64,000 bases of DNA from Candidatus Micrarchaeota archaeon (GTDB lineage Archaea; Micrarchaeota; Micrarchaeia; Anstonellales; Bilamarchaeaceae), in the NCBI GenBank assembly GCA_037447235.1, contig JBBIHC010000003.1, positions 17,513-81,512 on the forward strand, in the 5' to 3' direction. The notes beneath the pieces are model-generated. The model ran no database searches, had not been told where the DNA came from, and worked only from the letters and a program-made list of their open reading frames with translations. Both the position numbers and the translations under genes were made by a program. How positions within the stretch are numbered: the first letter of the stretch is position 1; the number at the start of each line of letters is the position of its first letter. This document shows, piece after piece, positions 17,948 through 28,515 of the stretch.

Positions 17948-19065
17948 AAGCTTTCCCACATCTTTTCAGCAAGTTTACCTGTGTACATAAACCGGTCAAC
18001 ATCTACTTTTTCTTTTCTGTGTTTTTCCAAAAACAGGTTTATCTTTTCTATAAGAATCTCTTTAAGCTCGCCGCTTAGGAGCGCGCCTGAGCGATAATCT
18101 TCTTCTATTTTCTTGAGACGCGAATCGTCAGGCTCAAAAAGCATCTTCAGCCATTGGAAAGAGACATCTATGTCCGGGTTGCCTCCCTTTTTCCTGTGCT
18201 CCTCCACAGTAGGCTGGCCGCCTGAAAATGCGTATTTCAGGATTTTTTTCCTCACGGCTTTTTCATCGTCAGTGAGCCATATCGCGCTCTCCGGCGCGCT
18301 GGCGCTCATCTTGCCGCCTGCGCCCTGCAGGGGAGGGATGAACTTGCTGTGGATTGCCGCGGTCTTCTGGTAGCCAAGGCTTTCCGCAATGTCGCGCTGT
18401 ATCCTCCAGTAAGGATCCTGGTCTATCGCGTTTGGGATAAGGCATCGCTTTTTCTCGAAAAAAGTCGGGACTATCTGGTAGGCGGGGTAAAAAATAGCGC
18501 CGATGTTGGTTTCATTAGTAAAGCCGAAAACCGCCTTGGCTGTAGAGAATGTTATCTTTTTGGCGGTCTTGAGCACAAGCGGGTAGACATTTTTTATGTA
18601 CTCGCTGTCATTGAATATGAATGTCCTGTCCGGGTCGAAGCCAACCGCGGCAATGTCTCTTATGTTTTCCGCGGCGTATTTCCTGACGGCCTGCCATTCA
18701 AGATCTTTTTTGAACAAGAACTTCTCATCGTCTGTTATTTCTATGTATAGATTTACGCCAAAGCGCTCCTGGAGCCATTTTGTAAATACGAGCGGAATGA
18801 GATGGCCGATATGCATCGGCCCTGAAGGCCCCCTTCCGGTGTAAAGAAAAAACGTCTTCCCCTTTTCGTAATCTGCCAAAACAAGGTCAAGGTCCCGATG
18901 GGAGAAGAAATAACCGCGGCGGAGCATGATGTTGTCGTCTCCTGCAGCCTCAGCCAGCCGGCGGTAAAGCGCGTCGCTTATTCTTTGCGTTCCGAACTCC
19001 TTTATGAGCTTGTCGTAATCAACATCACCGCTGACTTCCCAGGGCGTCACTTCGTATCCTGCCAT
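17941..19065 (-). CDS. trpS: Tryptophanyl-tRNA synthetase (archaeal/eukaryotic type)
   Basis: YTGRGPSGPMHIGHL (HIGH motif), KMSAS (KMSKS). Likely start MAGYEVTPWEV at 19065; the track ORF extends to 19215. Confidence 0.9.
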   Translation of the reverse strand: MAGYEVTPWEVSGDVDYDKLIKEFGTQRISDALYRRLAEAAGDDNIMLRRGYFFSHRDLDLVLADYEKGKTFFLYTGRGPSGPMHIGHLIPLVFTKWLQERFGVNLYIEITDDEKFLFKKDLEWQAVRKYAAENIRDIAAVGFDPDRTFIFNDSEYIKNVYPLVLKTAKKITFSTAKAVFGFTNETNIGAIFYPAYQIVPTFFEKKRCLIPNAIDQDPYWRIQRDIAESLGYQKTAAIHSKFIPPLQGAGGKMSASAPESAIWLTDDEKAVRKKILKYAFSGGQPTVEEHRKKGGNPDIDVSFQWLKMLFEPDDSRLKKIEEDYRSGALLSGELKEILIEKINLFLEKHRKEKVDVDRFMYTGKLAEKMWESFY

Positions 19066-19113
19066 AGCGGGTATTCCAAAATAAAAAATAAAAATGCTTG
19101 CTGTGCAAGTTGA

Positions 19114-20169
19114 TTGATGCTTGATGTCCATATAATAGGTGGCGGGCCGTGTGGAGCCATAGCAGCAATAGAGGCGGCCAGGCTTGGCAAAAACGTTCTT
19201 GTCAGTGAGGAACACAAGAAACCCGGCGGCAAGCCGTGCTCCTGCCTTCTGTCGCTCAGCGGCCTTCAGACGCTAACCGGGCATCTGGCGTGGAAAGAGA
19301 GCGTGGAGAACGAGGCATATGGCGCAGATATTTATTTCAGCGGCAAAAAGATGACAGTGGAAAGAAGAACGCCGGTTGCGGCGATCTGCGACCGGGACCG
19401 CTTTGACCAACTTTGCATGGAAGCTGCTGAAAATGAAGGAGTGAAAATAGAGTACGGAAAAAGAGTCATTGGCAACTATCGCCCGAACAATATCATAGGC
19501 GCAGACGGGGCGAACTCATCAACCGCGGCTTTTTTCGGCTTTCCCGGGATTAAGCGTTTCATAGGCACTATTCAGGGCGAAGTAAGGGCGGATTGGGACG
19601 AAAAAAAGGTAAAGGCGTTCCTATCACGGGATTACCCGGGATTCTTGGGATGGATAGTGCCAAGAGGCGGCAGAAGGTTTGAAGTCGGCTGCGGGGTAAG
19701 GCTGCCGAACAATGCCAAGAGCGCGTTTGAGAAACTGGAAAAAAGGCTTGGCGTCAGCGCGGCAAACAAAAAGATGTCCATAATACCCGCTGAGCCAAGG
19801 CCAACTGCTGCAAAAAGAGCTGGCAGATACGATGTAAGGCTTGCCGGGGATTCTGCAGGGCAGGCAAAGGCGACAACGGGCGGCGGGATATTGTTCGGAA
19901 GCTGGTGCGCAAGAATGGCAGCCAAGGCAAGCAGCCCGTTGGCTTATGAGATAGCATGGAGAATGACGTGTGGAAAGGAGCTCTTTCTTCACGGAGTAAT
20001 ACGAAAAATCCTGGACACGATGGATGACCAGAAACTGGAAAGATTTGCGGGCAGGATGATGGAAAACGGCATGCAATCTTTTCTTGAAAATGACTGCGAT
20101 ATGGAGCACGCGAGCAAACTTTTTGCCATCGCAGTCAAAAAGCCGGGAATGCTGCTTTCCTTGTTTTGA
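19114..20169 (+). CDS. Geranylgeranyl reductase family FAD-dependent oxidoreductase
   Basis: DVHIIGGGPCGAIAAIEAARLG Rossmann motif (GxGxxG), GADGANS; size and layout fit the GGR family. Confidence 0.7.
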   Translation: MMLDVHIIGGGPCGAIAAIEAARLGKNVLVSEEHKKPGGKPCSCLLSLSGLQTLTGHLAWKESVENEAYGADIYFSGKKMTVERRTPVAAICDRDRFDQLCMEAAENEGVKIEYGKRVIGNYRPNNIIGADGANSSTAAFFGFPGIKRFIGTIQGEVRADWDEKKVKAFLSRDYPGFLGWIVPRGGRRFEVGCGVRLPNNAKSAFEKLEKRLGVSAANKKMSIIPAEPRPTAAKRAGRYDVRLAGDSAGQAKATTGGGILFGSWCARMAAKASSPLAYEIAWRMTCGKELFLHGVIRKILDTMDDQKLERFAGRMMENGMQSFLENDCDMEHASKLFAIAVKKPGMLLSLF

Positions 20170-20229
20170 CAGCCCAACAGCAACATTTTTAAACTCTTTT
20201 TAACACTATTTAACCATAGAAGTGGTAAA

Positions 20230-21420
20230 ATGCTCAGGATATTAAAAAACAGCAGGAAGGAACTTTATAAAAAATACATCTGTTCAGAAGGAAAGGAAGC
20301 AGACAAGGCTTTGGCAGAGGTTGTGGAGAAATACAAATCCTTTTCAGAAAAAGAAAAAGCTGATTTCAGGATGGTAGTTGGAAAAAACATGTTGAAAACG
20401 GCTAATCGCAACAGCGGCATGCACAAGGTGCTGAAGCTGGCAAAGGAAATCGGCAAGGCCACCGAATGGAAAGGCGATGAAACCGACCCAGATATTGTAC
20501 AATCAATAAAAAGCATTTTGGAAAAAAACGAAGACCCCTGCCTGACAATAGCTGCGCTTGATGCGCTTTACCACAGCAATTACGGGGAAGCGGAATTTTG
20601 GGAAAAGATGCTTCACAAAAGCGCGCCTGTTGCTCTTTTTGTGGTAGAGAGGATAAGCGATGTTGAAGGCGCAGAAGAAGTTTTCAGGAGAAACATTGAC
20701 GCACTGATAGCCTTGTCCGACCAAAGCAAAAAATGCAGGGAGATGACCCTGAAATACCTGAATGAAGCAAATGACGAGGTAAAGAAAAAATTGCTGGAAA
20801 AACTGATAAGCGAGGGCGTCCACAAAGATCTGTTGCCGGCAATACCTGCTTTATTTGAAAACAGGCAAACAAGGTATGCGCTCCTTGGATGGCTCACGCG
20901 CGGCGAGATTAAGATAAATGTTGATAGAACAGAGTTGCCTGCATCTGACATTCTGCCAGAATTGACAAGAAAAATAGAGGAAGTCGGGCAGGAACTGGTA
21001 AAGAAGGCAGTCAGCATGCTGCCAGGGCTGCCGCCACAGGAAAGGCTGCCGGTCCATCATTTTCTCGCTACCAGAGGAGTGAGGGTAAAGGATGAGGAAT
21101 TGGAAGAAAAGATTGAAGAAATGATAGGCAGTAGATTGGAATCCGCCTGCCCGGAAGCCCTCATAGAAGCTTATGACGCCAGTATGCGCCTCCTGATTTT
21201 TAACCCTGAAAGGGGCAGGAAAATGATGGAAGAGGTATTCCGCGAGGCGGCAGATGTCCTGGAAGACGATGCAGCCGATGAGAAGCAAAAAGAAGTTGCT
21301 GCCGCCGTTTCCTTCCTGTACATAAGCAACTTTCAGAAAAAAGGGGAAGAATTTCTCAGGGTGCGCGAAAAGGCCCTTGGGATACTGAAACGAAATGGGA
21401 GGGTGGCACCCATTATTTAA
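20230..21420 (+). CDS. Hypothetical alpha-helical protein
   Basis: 396-aa ORF, helical/acidic, no recognisable motifs. Confidence 0.45.
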   Translation: MLRILKNSRKELYKKYICSEGKEADKALAEVVEKYKSFSEKEKADFRMVVGKNMLKTANRNSGMHKVLKLAKEIGKATEWKGDETDPDIVQSIKSILEKNEDPCLTIAALDALYHSNYGEAEFWEKMLHKSAPVALFVVERISDVEGAEEVFRRNIDALIALSDQSKKCREMTLKYLNEANDEVKKKLLEKLISEGVHKDLLPAIPALFENRQTRYALLGWLTRGEIKINVDRTELPASDILPELTRKIEEVGQELVKKAVSMLPGLPPQERLPVHHFLATRGVRVKDEELEEKIEEMIGSRLESACPEALIEAYDASMRLLIFNPERGRKMMEEVFREAADVLEDDAADEKQKEVAAAVSFLYISNFQKKGEEFLRVREKALGILKRNGRVAPII

Positions 21421-21445
21421 AAAATCTCGCTGCAGAATATGGATT

Positions 21446-22369
21446 ATGACAGATTCTGATGAAATCATCTCTGATATAGAAAACAACATTGATGACTTTA
21501 GGGCTGCCGGAAAGATAACCGCCAAAATCAGGGAGGAAAGCAAGCGCCTGATAATGGTCGGCGAGCCGCTGCTTGACATAGCGGATTACATAGAGCAGAT
21601 GATAGAAAAGGAAGGTGCGAAGCCCGCTTTTCCGGTAAACATCTCGCCAAACGACATAGCCGCGCATTATACCCCCGGCATTAACGACGAGCGCACCATA
21701 GAGGAGAATGACTTGTTGAAGGTTGATCTCGGCGTTTCCATAAACGGCGCGATTGGCGACAGCGCCTACACCGTGGATGTGGGCGGAAAAAACCGGCAAT
21801 TGGTAACCGTTGCCCAGGAAGCGCTTGAGGCGCTGATAAAAGCCATAAAGCCGGGAGTTAAGGTTGGCGAGCTTGGCGCGATACCCGAGGAGACAGCGAA
21901 AAAATACGGCTTGAAAACCATAAACAACCTCAGCGGCCATATGCTAAAAACAGGATTGCTGCACGCAGGAATAGACATACCGAATGTAAAAACCGAAGAC
22001 GACTATGAGATAAAGGAGGGCGAGATATACGCAGTGGAGCCCTTCATAACAAACGGCGCAGGATATGTTGTTGAAAGCGACGAGGTTGGGATATTCAGTT
22101 TTTACGGGATGGGAAATATTTCGATGAGACAGTCAAAGAGGATATTGGAGCAGATAATAAAAGACTACAGATTATTGCCTTTTGCTGAAAGATGGGTAAT
22201 CAGGAAATTCAATTCTAGGATACTTGTAAACGCTGCGCTTCGCGAGATGCTGGAGAACCATATAATAAGGGGCTACCCTGTGCTGAAAGAGGCAGAAGGA
22301 GGCCTTGTGAGCCAGGCAGAGCATACCGTACTTGTTACGGCAGACGGATGCGAGGTCCTCACGAAGTAA
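21446..22369 (+). CDS. map: Methionine aminopeptidase type 2 (archaeal MAP2)
   Basis: Pita-bread metalloprotease motifs (VDLGVSINGAIGDSAYT, HGxxxxxH-like, EPFIT). Likely start MTDSDEI; the track ORF starts at 21395. Confidence 0.8.
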   Translation: MTDSDEIISDIENNIDDFRAAGKITAKIREESKRLIMVGEPLLDIADYIEQMIEKEGAKPAFPVNISPNDIAAHYTPGINDERTIEENDLLKVDLGVSINGAIGDSAYTVDVGGKNRQLVTVAQEALEALIKAIKPGVKVGELGAIPEETAKKYGLKTINNLSGHMLKTGLLHAGIDIPNVKTEDDYEIKEGEIYAVEPFITNGAGYVVESDEVGIFSFYGMGNISMRQSKRILEQIIKDYRLLPFAERWVIRKFNSRILVNAALREMLENHIIRGYPVLKEAEGGLVSQAEHTVLVTADGCEVLTK

Positions 22370-22373
22370 GCTG

Positions 22374-25300
22374 TTATTTGTTATATGTGAACCAATTTCC
22401 GGATTTCTTGCACTCCAGTGGCTCATCGGGAGTTTTTGTTATCCCGCATATTTTTAACTCGCCTTTTGCTGTAATGATTGTCGGATCGGTAAAGCCACAG
22501 TCCTGCAGGAGGTTGTTTTGCGGGGTGCCTGAAAAGTTGCCTGAGAAAACGACCGGGACGGTGTTTATCGCATTCGTTTCCAGCCTCTTGAATGTGTAAA
22601 GCCTTCCTTCAGGATTCATCAGGCAGCACCTGTCCTCTTTTGGGAGCAACCCGATTATGTCAGCATCTGCTTCTGTGAGTTCAGAATAAGGTATATTTTT
22701 GAAATAAGTATGGGCCCCGTCAGAATAACTTCGCATAAGGCAGGTTATTTCATCCTGAATGTCGCTGCAAAGTCTGCATTTATTGCTTATGACGCCTTTC
22801 GGGCATTTGTAAGGTCCGCTCGTGCCTCCGCGCGGAACGCAGGTGGTCCCGTCCTCGCATACCATTGCCTCGTCAGGGCAGTATTCGCCTTCCGGGCATT
22901 CCTCGCAGTAGAGATAACCGGAAGGGGTCAAATCCCCATCGGCAACGTACCAGATGGTGCTACCGCCCGGTGCGACCTGAAAATCGTATTGCGGCGCGGT
23001 TGAGATCTCCCAGGTATCGCTATGGTAGAAAGAAGGTGTGGTGATGGACGAGGTATCAATGCCTCCTTTGCTTCCCCCGTCTCCTGAAGATTCTGAACTT
23101 CCTGTTTCAGCGCCTTCTTCTTCAGGCGGATACAGCGCTATGTTCGTAGTAAGGGTGGAAATGCCGATGAAATCGTATGTTCCCTCCTGGAAAGAGCAGA
23201 ATTTTGAGTCAAAGCTTCCCTGCTCCCGGACAATTGCAGCCTCATCTGAAGAAAACGGGGAATACACTATCCCGATAATTCCTGCCTTCCTGAGCTTGTC
23301 CCTTGAAAGGTAGATTGTGGAGAAGAAATCTGCATAAATTCTCCTGATGCTTTCCTTGTTCAGCTCATAGCTGGCGCCGCTCATGGCAGGCCAGCCTGTC
23401 CCTTCGCTGGTATTGATATTAAACACAATGACCACCGGCACAGGCTGTTTTTTGCCGATACCGCGGCTTATGTGGTTTATCGTCCATGCATAGGAATACA
23501 TCCGGTCAACAACAACATCAGCCTTTTCCTTTGCGGTCATGTCATCCCATTCGTCAAGCGCTGCATAATCGCGCATAACCTCAGCAACAGGGAAAAAGAC
23601 GACTGCCGCGTCAAAAGTGGTGGCTCCGCTGTCCCTCTCCGCCGCCCATATGTCGCTTATGGCAGAATAAGCATCCTGGTCAACATAGTTCATCCATATG
23701 TATTCCCCGCCCATATAAGAAGCGGAGGATGCGAAAAACGGCACAGCAACAAGGCAGTTTTCGCACCTGCTTTTCACCAGCCTTGATTCCTCCAATGCTC
23801 TGGCAGGATCAACTGAATGCCCTGTTCTGTCATAGCCAATCAACGCGATGACCGGCCCGACGCCTTTCACTTCCTTCTTGGGTTCGGTTATGATGCTGTA
23901 GCTGTACGGGGTGTATGTTCTTATGCTCCCTTCTTCATCGCACGCGATCGTCAGGCCGTTTTCGCTGACATGGCAGCTGGGATCGCTCAAATACCGGCTG
24001 TTGGCGTCCCTGAAATCAACGATCGGCAAAATGCCATTCTTCAAATAGTTGGTAAGCATGGAATAGGTAATGATGCGCTGATAAGAATAAACGACCCACT
24101 CTATCGCGTATTCTATACTGCCTCCCACCTCTCCAAAAGAACCGAATAATCCCCCGTCTTCACCCTCTTCGCTTTCCTCAGGCTCGACAGGCGCCTTTCC
24201 GTAAGCCATGGTGGCATAGGTGCACGGCTCGCACCAGCCATACTCTTCAAGCACAGGGAGATTGTTTTGCTCATCAAGCTCGCAATCCCCAAGGCCGAAT
24301 ATCAGCGTAAGGTATCTTGAAGCAAGAACATAATGGGTTTTGGTGCCGTCATTGTTCATATGCAGCTCTGCCGCATAATCGCTGTTTGAAGTGAAATCAA
24401 CATAATCAAGCATCTTGATTGTCTCATTTTGGGGGAGCGCGAAGACATTGTTCCTGGCCAGCGCCACGTATTCCGGCTTTTGAAGCCAGGTGCCGCTGCA
24501 TTCTGCCGGATAGCCCGCGTCGTTTTTGCACTTATAAAAAGCAAGCGCCCATGGCACGCTTGCAAGCGCGATCTGGCTTGAACTCGCGCGGTCTTCGTTT
24601 GACACCAATTCAGCCAGCGCTGCCTTCTGATTGTCTTCAAGATTCATAAGGGTCAGTGACAAACGCGGATTCTCCACGGCCGCTATCCAGGGCATAAAGT
24701 ACGTTGTGTCTATTACGACATAATCTTCATTTTCCCGCATATTGCAAATCTGGAAAATGTCGCTCTCCTGCGGCGAGGAAGGCACTCCGCCGGTCGCAAA
24801 GCCTATCACGGGTTTGTTTAAGCCTTCAAACCAACCATCATACACTATCGGGAAAGTGTCGTATGTCTTAGTCTGTTCATTAATTATCCTGAATTCGTTC
24901 TTGTTGAAAAAGTATACCGTTCGCGCAGGCGGGTATGCGGTATTGCTTTCATTTACCTGGAAACGATAGCACCAGTATATATCATGCAGGGGCTCCTCCC
25001 TAACATTTTTCCCAAGATCAAGCCAAGCAGGTCCATAATCCTCACTGCACGACTTGCCTGGTGTAAATAACGCCCGTATATCGCTATAAAACCCGGACGG
25101 GATTGTTCTTGTCTGCACAGTAACGGAACCGGCAACATTCTTCAAGGTGGATGGATATGAGGTGTACGGGCAGGGGATGGTATTATAACTCATGTCGCCG
25201 CAGCGGTCGGTCGCAAGAGCAATGGCAAGCTTGGTAAGCATGTTAACGCTGTCGCCCCCGGTAGGCTGGGTAAGCTCCTTGGAGTCATAACGATTGTCCC

Positions 25301-26492
25301 TTATTGCCATTTCCAAAGCATATACATCGATTGGCGTATATGTTATATTCGCGACCATAGTGCCATCAGGCAGCATCTCAAACGAGCGGTTTTCTACCGA
25401 GGTGCAGACAGCCACCTTTCTGCCGCTTATGTAATCGTAATAGCATTCAACCGGCACCTTTGAACCGTCGCGTTTCACGATGAATGAGCGGTGGTAATCC
25501 TGCTTGTTGCAGTTGCCTGACATGCATTCGCTTGAAGAGCACTCAAACGGCGCGGTCTTGTGCTGCACAAACATAAGGTCAAAATACTGCGCGGCAAGCG
25601 CCCGCCTGTAGAAAACACTGTCAAAAACGCCTCCGGAATCAACGCGATAGCCAGATGGGATCAATGTCTCCTGCGATTCCTTTGTGGTATAAAAGAACGG
25701 GTATCTCTCCCTTGATTCCAGCTTGTTCTCTTCGCTTACGCCCTCGGTGTAGGGGGCACACTCATATTTGGAAAGGTAAGCGGTCGGGCCCCCCAAAGAA
25801 GAGACGGAAACAAGCGAATCGCACGCTCCGGGTATTGCGCACATCTCAAAATAGTTCATATACCTGTCTATGCCAGTGGTCGGATTAACGCTGCAGAACA
25901 TATCTGTCGGCGGAAACAAGTATTTGTATTTCTCATAATCGCTGAATAGCAGGCTGTTGTTTCCTATTCCGAGCCTGAAGCTGTTCACAAGAGAGCCGGT
26001 CCTCTCGAGCAGTTTTGAAAGGTTTTCATCCATGTCAAAAAACTTGCAGTCAGCCTTGTAAAGCGAAACGCCGCTTTCCTCGCCGCTTGTGAGAGGCACC
26101 GCCGCACCGCTTTTCATCTCCTCCTCGGTGGGCATGGGCGGCGGCAGCTGCGGCCTGTAAAGGAAATTGCCGCAGACCATCGCTCTGCAGTCCGCCTCAA
26201 CGCAGGAGCGGTCTTCTTCTCCCCCGCATATCGGAACTTCGATCGTTGTCTCGCCCTTCGCCGGGTCGTTTAATGTTATGTTGCAGGTATTCCTGTTGAT
26301 GTCGCACCTGCTTGTTGCAGGATCGTAATCAATGTCAGCTGGAGGGTTTATGAGAATGCACCTGCCCTCCTCCTCAACAATAGTGCGGTTGCAGCAGCTC
26401 AGCTGCTGCGTCGGCGTGTCAAGCGGCTTCTCCGCGGTGCAGCCAAAAAAAAGCAGGAAAATCAAAAAAAGAATAAGCAGTTTCTTCATCAT
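22374..26492 (-). CDS. Giant (1372 aa) Cys-rich, N-glycosylation-sequon-rich secreted lipoprotein; terminal gene of the membrane-protein operon
   Basis: MMKKLLILFLIFLLFFGC signal peptide plus lipobox, more than 60 Cys (CxxC-type pairs), many N-x-S/T sequons, no further TM. 4-nt overlap with the upstream gene (26489-26492). Confidence 0.7.
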   Translation of the reverse strand: MMKKLLILFLIFLLFFGCTAEKPLDTPTQQLSCCNRTIVEEEGRCILINPPADIDYDPATSRCDINRNTCNITLNDPAKGETTIEVPICGGEEDRSCVEADCRAMVCGNFLYRPQLPPPMPTEEEMKSGAAVPLTSGEESGVSLYKADCKFFDMDENLSKLLERTGSLVNSFRLGIGNNSLLFSDYEKYKYLFPPTDMFCSVNPTTGIDRYMNYFEMCAIPGACDSLVSVSSLGGPTAYLSKYECAPYTEGVSEENKLESRERYPFFYTTKESQETLIPSGYRVDSGGVFDSVFYRRALAAQYFDLMFVQHKTAPFECSSSECMSGNCNKQDYHRSFIVKRDGSKVPVECYYDYISGRKVAVCTSVENRSFEMLPDGTMVANITYTPIDVYALEMAIRDNRYDSKELTQPTGGDSVNMLTKLAIALATDRCGDMSYNTIPCPYTSYPSTLKNVAGSVTVQTRTIPSGFYSDIRALFTPGKSCSEDYGPAWLDLGKNVREEPLHDIYWCYRFQVNESNTAYPPARTVYFFNKNEFRIINEQTKTYDTFPIVYDGWFEGLNKPVIGFATGGVPSSPQESDIFQICNMRENEDYVVIDTTYFMPWIAAVENPRLSLTLMNLEDNQKAALAELVSNEDRASSSQIALASVPWALAFYKCKNDAGYPAECSGTWLQKPEYVALARNNVFALPQNETIKMLDYVDFTSNSDYAAELHMNNDGTKTHYVLASRYLTLIFGLGDCELDEQNNLPVLEEYGWCEPCTYATMAYGKAPVEPEESEEGEDGGLFGSFGEVGGSIEYAIEWVVYSYQRIITYSMLTNYLKNGILPIVDFRDANSRYLSDPSCHVSENGLTIACDEEGSIRTYTPYSYSIITEPKKEVKGVGPVIALIGYDRTGHSVDPARALEESRLVKSRCENCLVAVPFFASSASYMGGEYIWMNYVDQDAYSAISDIWAAERDSGATTFDAAVVFFPVAEVMRDYAALDEWDDMTAKEKADVVVDRMYSYAWTINHISRGIGKKQPVPVVIVFNINTSEGTGWPAMSGASYELNKESIRRIYADFFSTIYLSRDKLRKAGIIGIVYSPFSSDEAAIVREQGSFDSKFCSFQEGTYDFIGISTLTTNIALYPPEEEGAETGSSESSGDGGSKGGIDTSSITTPSFYHSDTWEISTAPQYDFQVAPGGSTIWYVADGDLTPSGYLYCEECPEGEYCPDEAMVCEDGTTCVPRGGTSGPYKCPKGVISNKCRLCSDIQDEITCLMRSYSDGAHTYFKNIPYSELTEADADIIGLLPKEDRCCLMNPEGRLYTFKRLETNAINTVPVVFSGNFSGTPQNNLLQDCGFTDPTIITAKGELKICGITKTPDEPLECKKSGNWFTYNK

Positions 26493-27469
26493 ATCACCCT
26501 CGCTGTCATGCGCAGGAGATCATACGACTCCTCTCCAAAAATATAAATCAGATACCTGATTGCTATCAGCGTCATGAAAAACACTGCAAGAGGATGGATG
26601 ATTAGCGATGCATAAATCCTGGCAAGGTCGGTCGCGAGTGCGGTGTCGCTCGGGCTTGCAAATGCGCTTTCGCCTGTGGCAAAGTTCACCATTGAGACGA
26701 AAGATGAAAATGTCGGCAGGCAGAAGTTTGAGCCGGCCGGCGCTGCCGGCGCCTCCGGCTGCGGCAGCTTGACAAAACCCGGGTCGGTAATTATGAATAG
26801 GTAGGGGAAGATGAAGTAAAAGCCAAACGCGATTGCTATGAAAAGCGAGCCGATGCCCCTCGTGAAATAAAACGAGCGGAGAAGAAGGCCGAGCGGCAGG
26901 AAAAGCGTGAGCATGGACATCTTTATTAGGGCGATGAAGGTTATCAGGGCGTTCAGGGCGATGAGCAGGCTTATCGTGAGCGCATTCTTGTACCTGAACG
27001 ACTCGATCGTCTGGTAAAGGTCGCTCAGGTACTGGCCGGAAAATACCGGAATGCCGACAATGCTGAAATGGGTATAAAACAGGAAATAGGCGCTGTTTGC
27101 CTCGTCCCTTATCGCATTGTGAAGGCTTTCAAGCGCCACGGCCTTCTCAATTACCTTGCACTGCATCACGGCAAGCGCGCTGTCTATTCCCTGAACCGTG
27201 ATGGTTTGCCCTCCGCAGGATATTGTGCCATATATCTGGCTGTTTATGTAGTCTGAAAGGCTGCCAACTATAAGGACAAGAAAAACCGCAAGGAAGAAGG
27301 TGGCGGCAACCTGGAGCATTTCCGCCTTCGTATTCCGCTCAAGCTCTGCCAGGTTGAATGACCTCGCAAGAATGTATATCGTAATCTGGATTACCATCGC
27401 GATGAAAATCGCGGCAACGCAATACACCAGCCAACTTCCCCATACGGAAGACAGATCAGCCATAATCAC
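26489..27469 (-). CDS. Polytopic membrane protein, paralog 6 of a tandem FtsX-like family
   Basis: N-terminal TM, ectodomain, C-terminal TM block with LRSFYFTRGIGSLFIAIAFG motif and tail ...GEESYDLLRMTARVI. 4-nt overlaps on both sides. Confidence 0.6.
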   Translation of the reverse strand: MIMADLSSVWGSWLVYCVAAIFIAMVIQITIYILARSFNLAELERNTKAEMLQVAATFFLAVFLVLIVGSLSDYINSQIYGTISCGGQTITVQGIDSALAVMQCKVIEKAVALESLHNAIRDEANSAYFLFYTHFSIVGIPVFSGQYLSDLYQTIESFRYKNALTISLLIALNALITFIALIKMSMLTLFLPLGLLLRSFYFTRGIGSLFIAIAFGFYFIFPYLFIITDPGFVKLPQPEAPAAPAGSNFCLPTFSSFVSMVNFATGESAFASPSDTALATDLARIYASLIIHPLAVFFMTLIAIRYLIYIFGEESYDLLRMTARVI

Positions 27470-28515
27470 ACCAACTGACTTATTCTACTTAAATCTATGT
27501 CCTCCCCGTAAAACCTTGCGAAATAGCGGACAGTGGCAAGAGTGGCGGCAAGCGCAAGCGAAGGCAGGGCGAATGAGACGACAAACGCCTTGCCTGCTAT
27601 TGAAAGCACGGCAAAAAAGTCATCTTCGCCGTCAGGGAAGAATTTTTCCCTGAGCATGTCATCGTTAGTGTATTCCGTAGTGCCAAGCGCGCCCAGTATT
27701 GAGCCGTAAGCGAATTCGCTCCAGCCGCTCACGCTCTCAAACTTTCCTTCATCCAGGCTAAGGCGCTCCTCAAACAGTATGCTGTCGCTCGCAAGCGAGA
27801 AAACGGACAGCACGAGCGGATAGACTATGAAAAAGGCAAGGCAGACTGACATAAGAGCCGCGCCGAGGGAGCGCAGGTAGGGGAGGGAGCGGATGATGAC
27901 TGCGGCGGGCAGGAAGAAAAGAATGAAGCCCTTGTAAGCAAATAAAAGTATGAAAAGCATATTCGCGGATGTCAGAAAATAAAACAGCGTGGTGCCGAAA
28001 ATGGTGTTCAAAGCGCCGAACCTGCCCCCGTAATTTGCCAGCGGCGAGTATGAAGTCCCTGAGCTCCCGAAAAGGCAGCCAATTCCGCCAAGCGTGCAGT
28101 CAAATGAGTAGCGGTAGACGAAAATCGAGTATGCCGACAGATAGTAGCGCGTAACATTCATCGCATAGTGCGCATAATCGGTGGTCCTTAGCAGGTAATT
28201 CTCAGCCTCGTCAAATATATTGCCGCTGACTGCTGAATCCCCGCCAAACAGTCCTCTCACCGAGCCCGCATCAAGCGAGCAGAAGAGGTTCATGCCTGCG
28301 AGTATGAGGATAACTGCTGACAAAGACACGAAAAGCTGGACCAGCTCGGTCTTTGCCCAGGTAAGCAGCTTTGGGTGATTAAGCAGGAGGCCGATGTAAT
28401 ATGTGATTATGGTAACGACAAGGGCGAATACAGCCGCCCCGCCTGCAAGAGGGAGGATGGTATCATACATCAGCCCGCCGGCGCCAAGAAAACCTTCGCA
28501 AACTCCTGCCATCAA
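27466..28515 (-). CDS. Polytopic membrane protein, paralog 5 (FtsX-like C-terminal block)
   Basis: IIRSLPYLRSLGAALMSVCLAFF motif; tail ...ARFYGEDIDLSRISQLV. Confidence 0.6.
   Translation of the reverse strand: MMAGVCEGFLGAGGLMYDTILPLAGGAAVFALVVTIITYYIGLLLNHPKLLTWAKTELVQLFVSLSAVILILAGMNLFCSLDAGSVRGLFGGDSAVSGNIFDEAENYLLRTTDYAHYAMNVTRYYLSAYSIFVYRYSFDCTLGGIGCLFGSSGTSYSPLANYGGRFGALNTIFGTTLFYFLTSANMLFILLFAYKGFILFFLPAAVIIRSLPYLRSLGAALMSVCLAFFIVYPLVLSVFSLASDSILFEERLSLDEGKFESVSGWSEFAYGSILGALGTTEYTNDDMLREKFFPDGEDDFFAVLSIAGKAFVVSFALPSLALAATLATVRYFARFYGEDIDLSRISQLV

Noticed and set aside
21419-21424. Possible frameshift/pseudogene at an A-run at the start of the MAP2 gene
   Set aside because: My manual codon reading needed 6 A's where I counted 5. 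Downstream coordinates agree with the ORF track again, so this is most likely my own transcription slip rather than a real frameshift. The MAP2 ORF is intact in the track.
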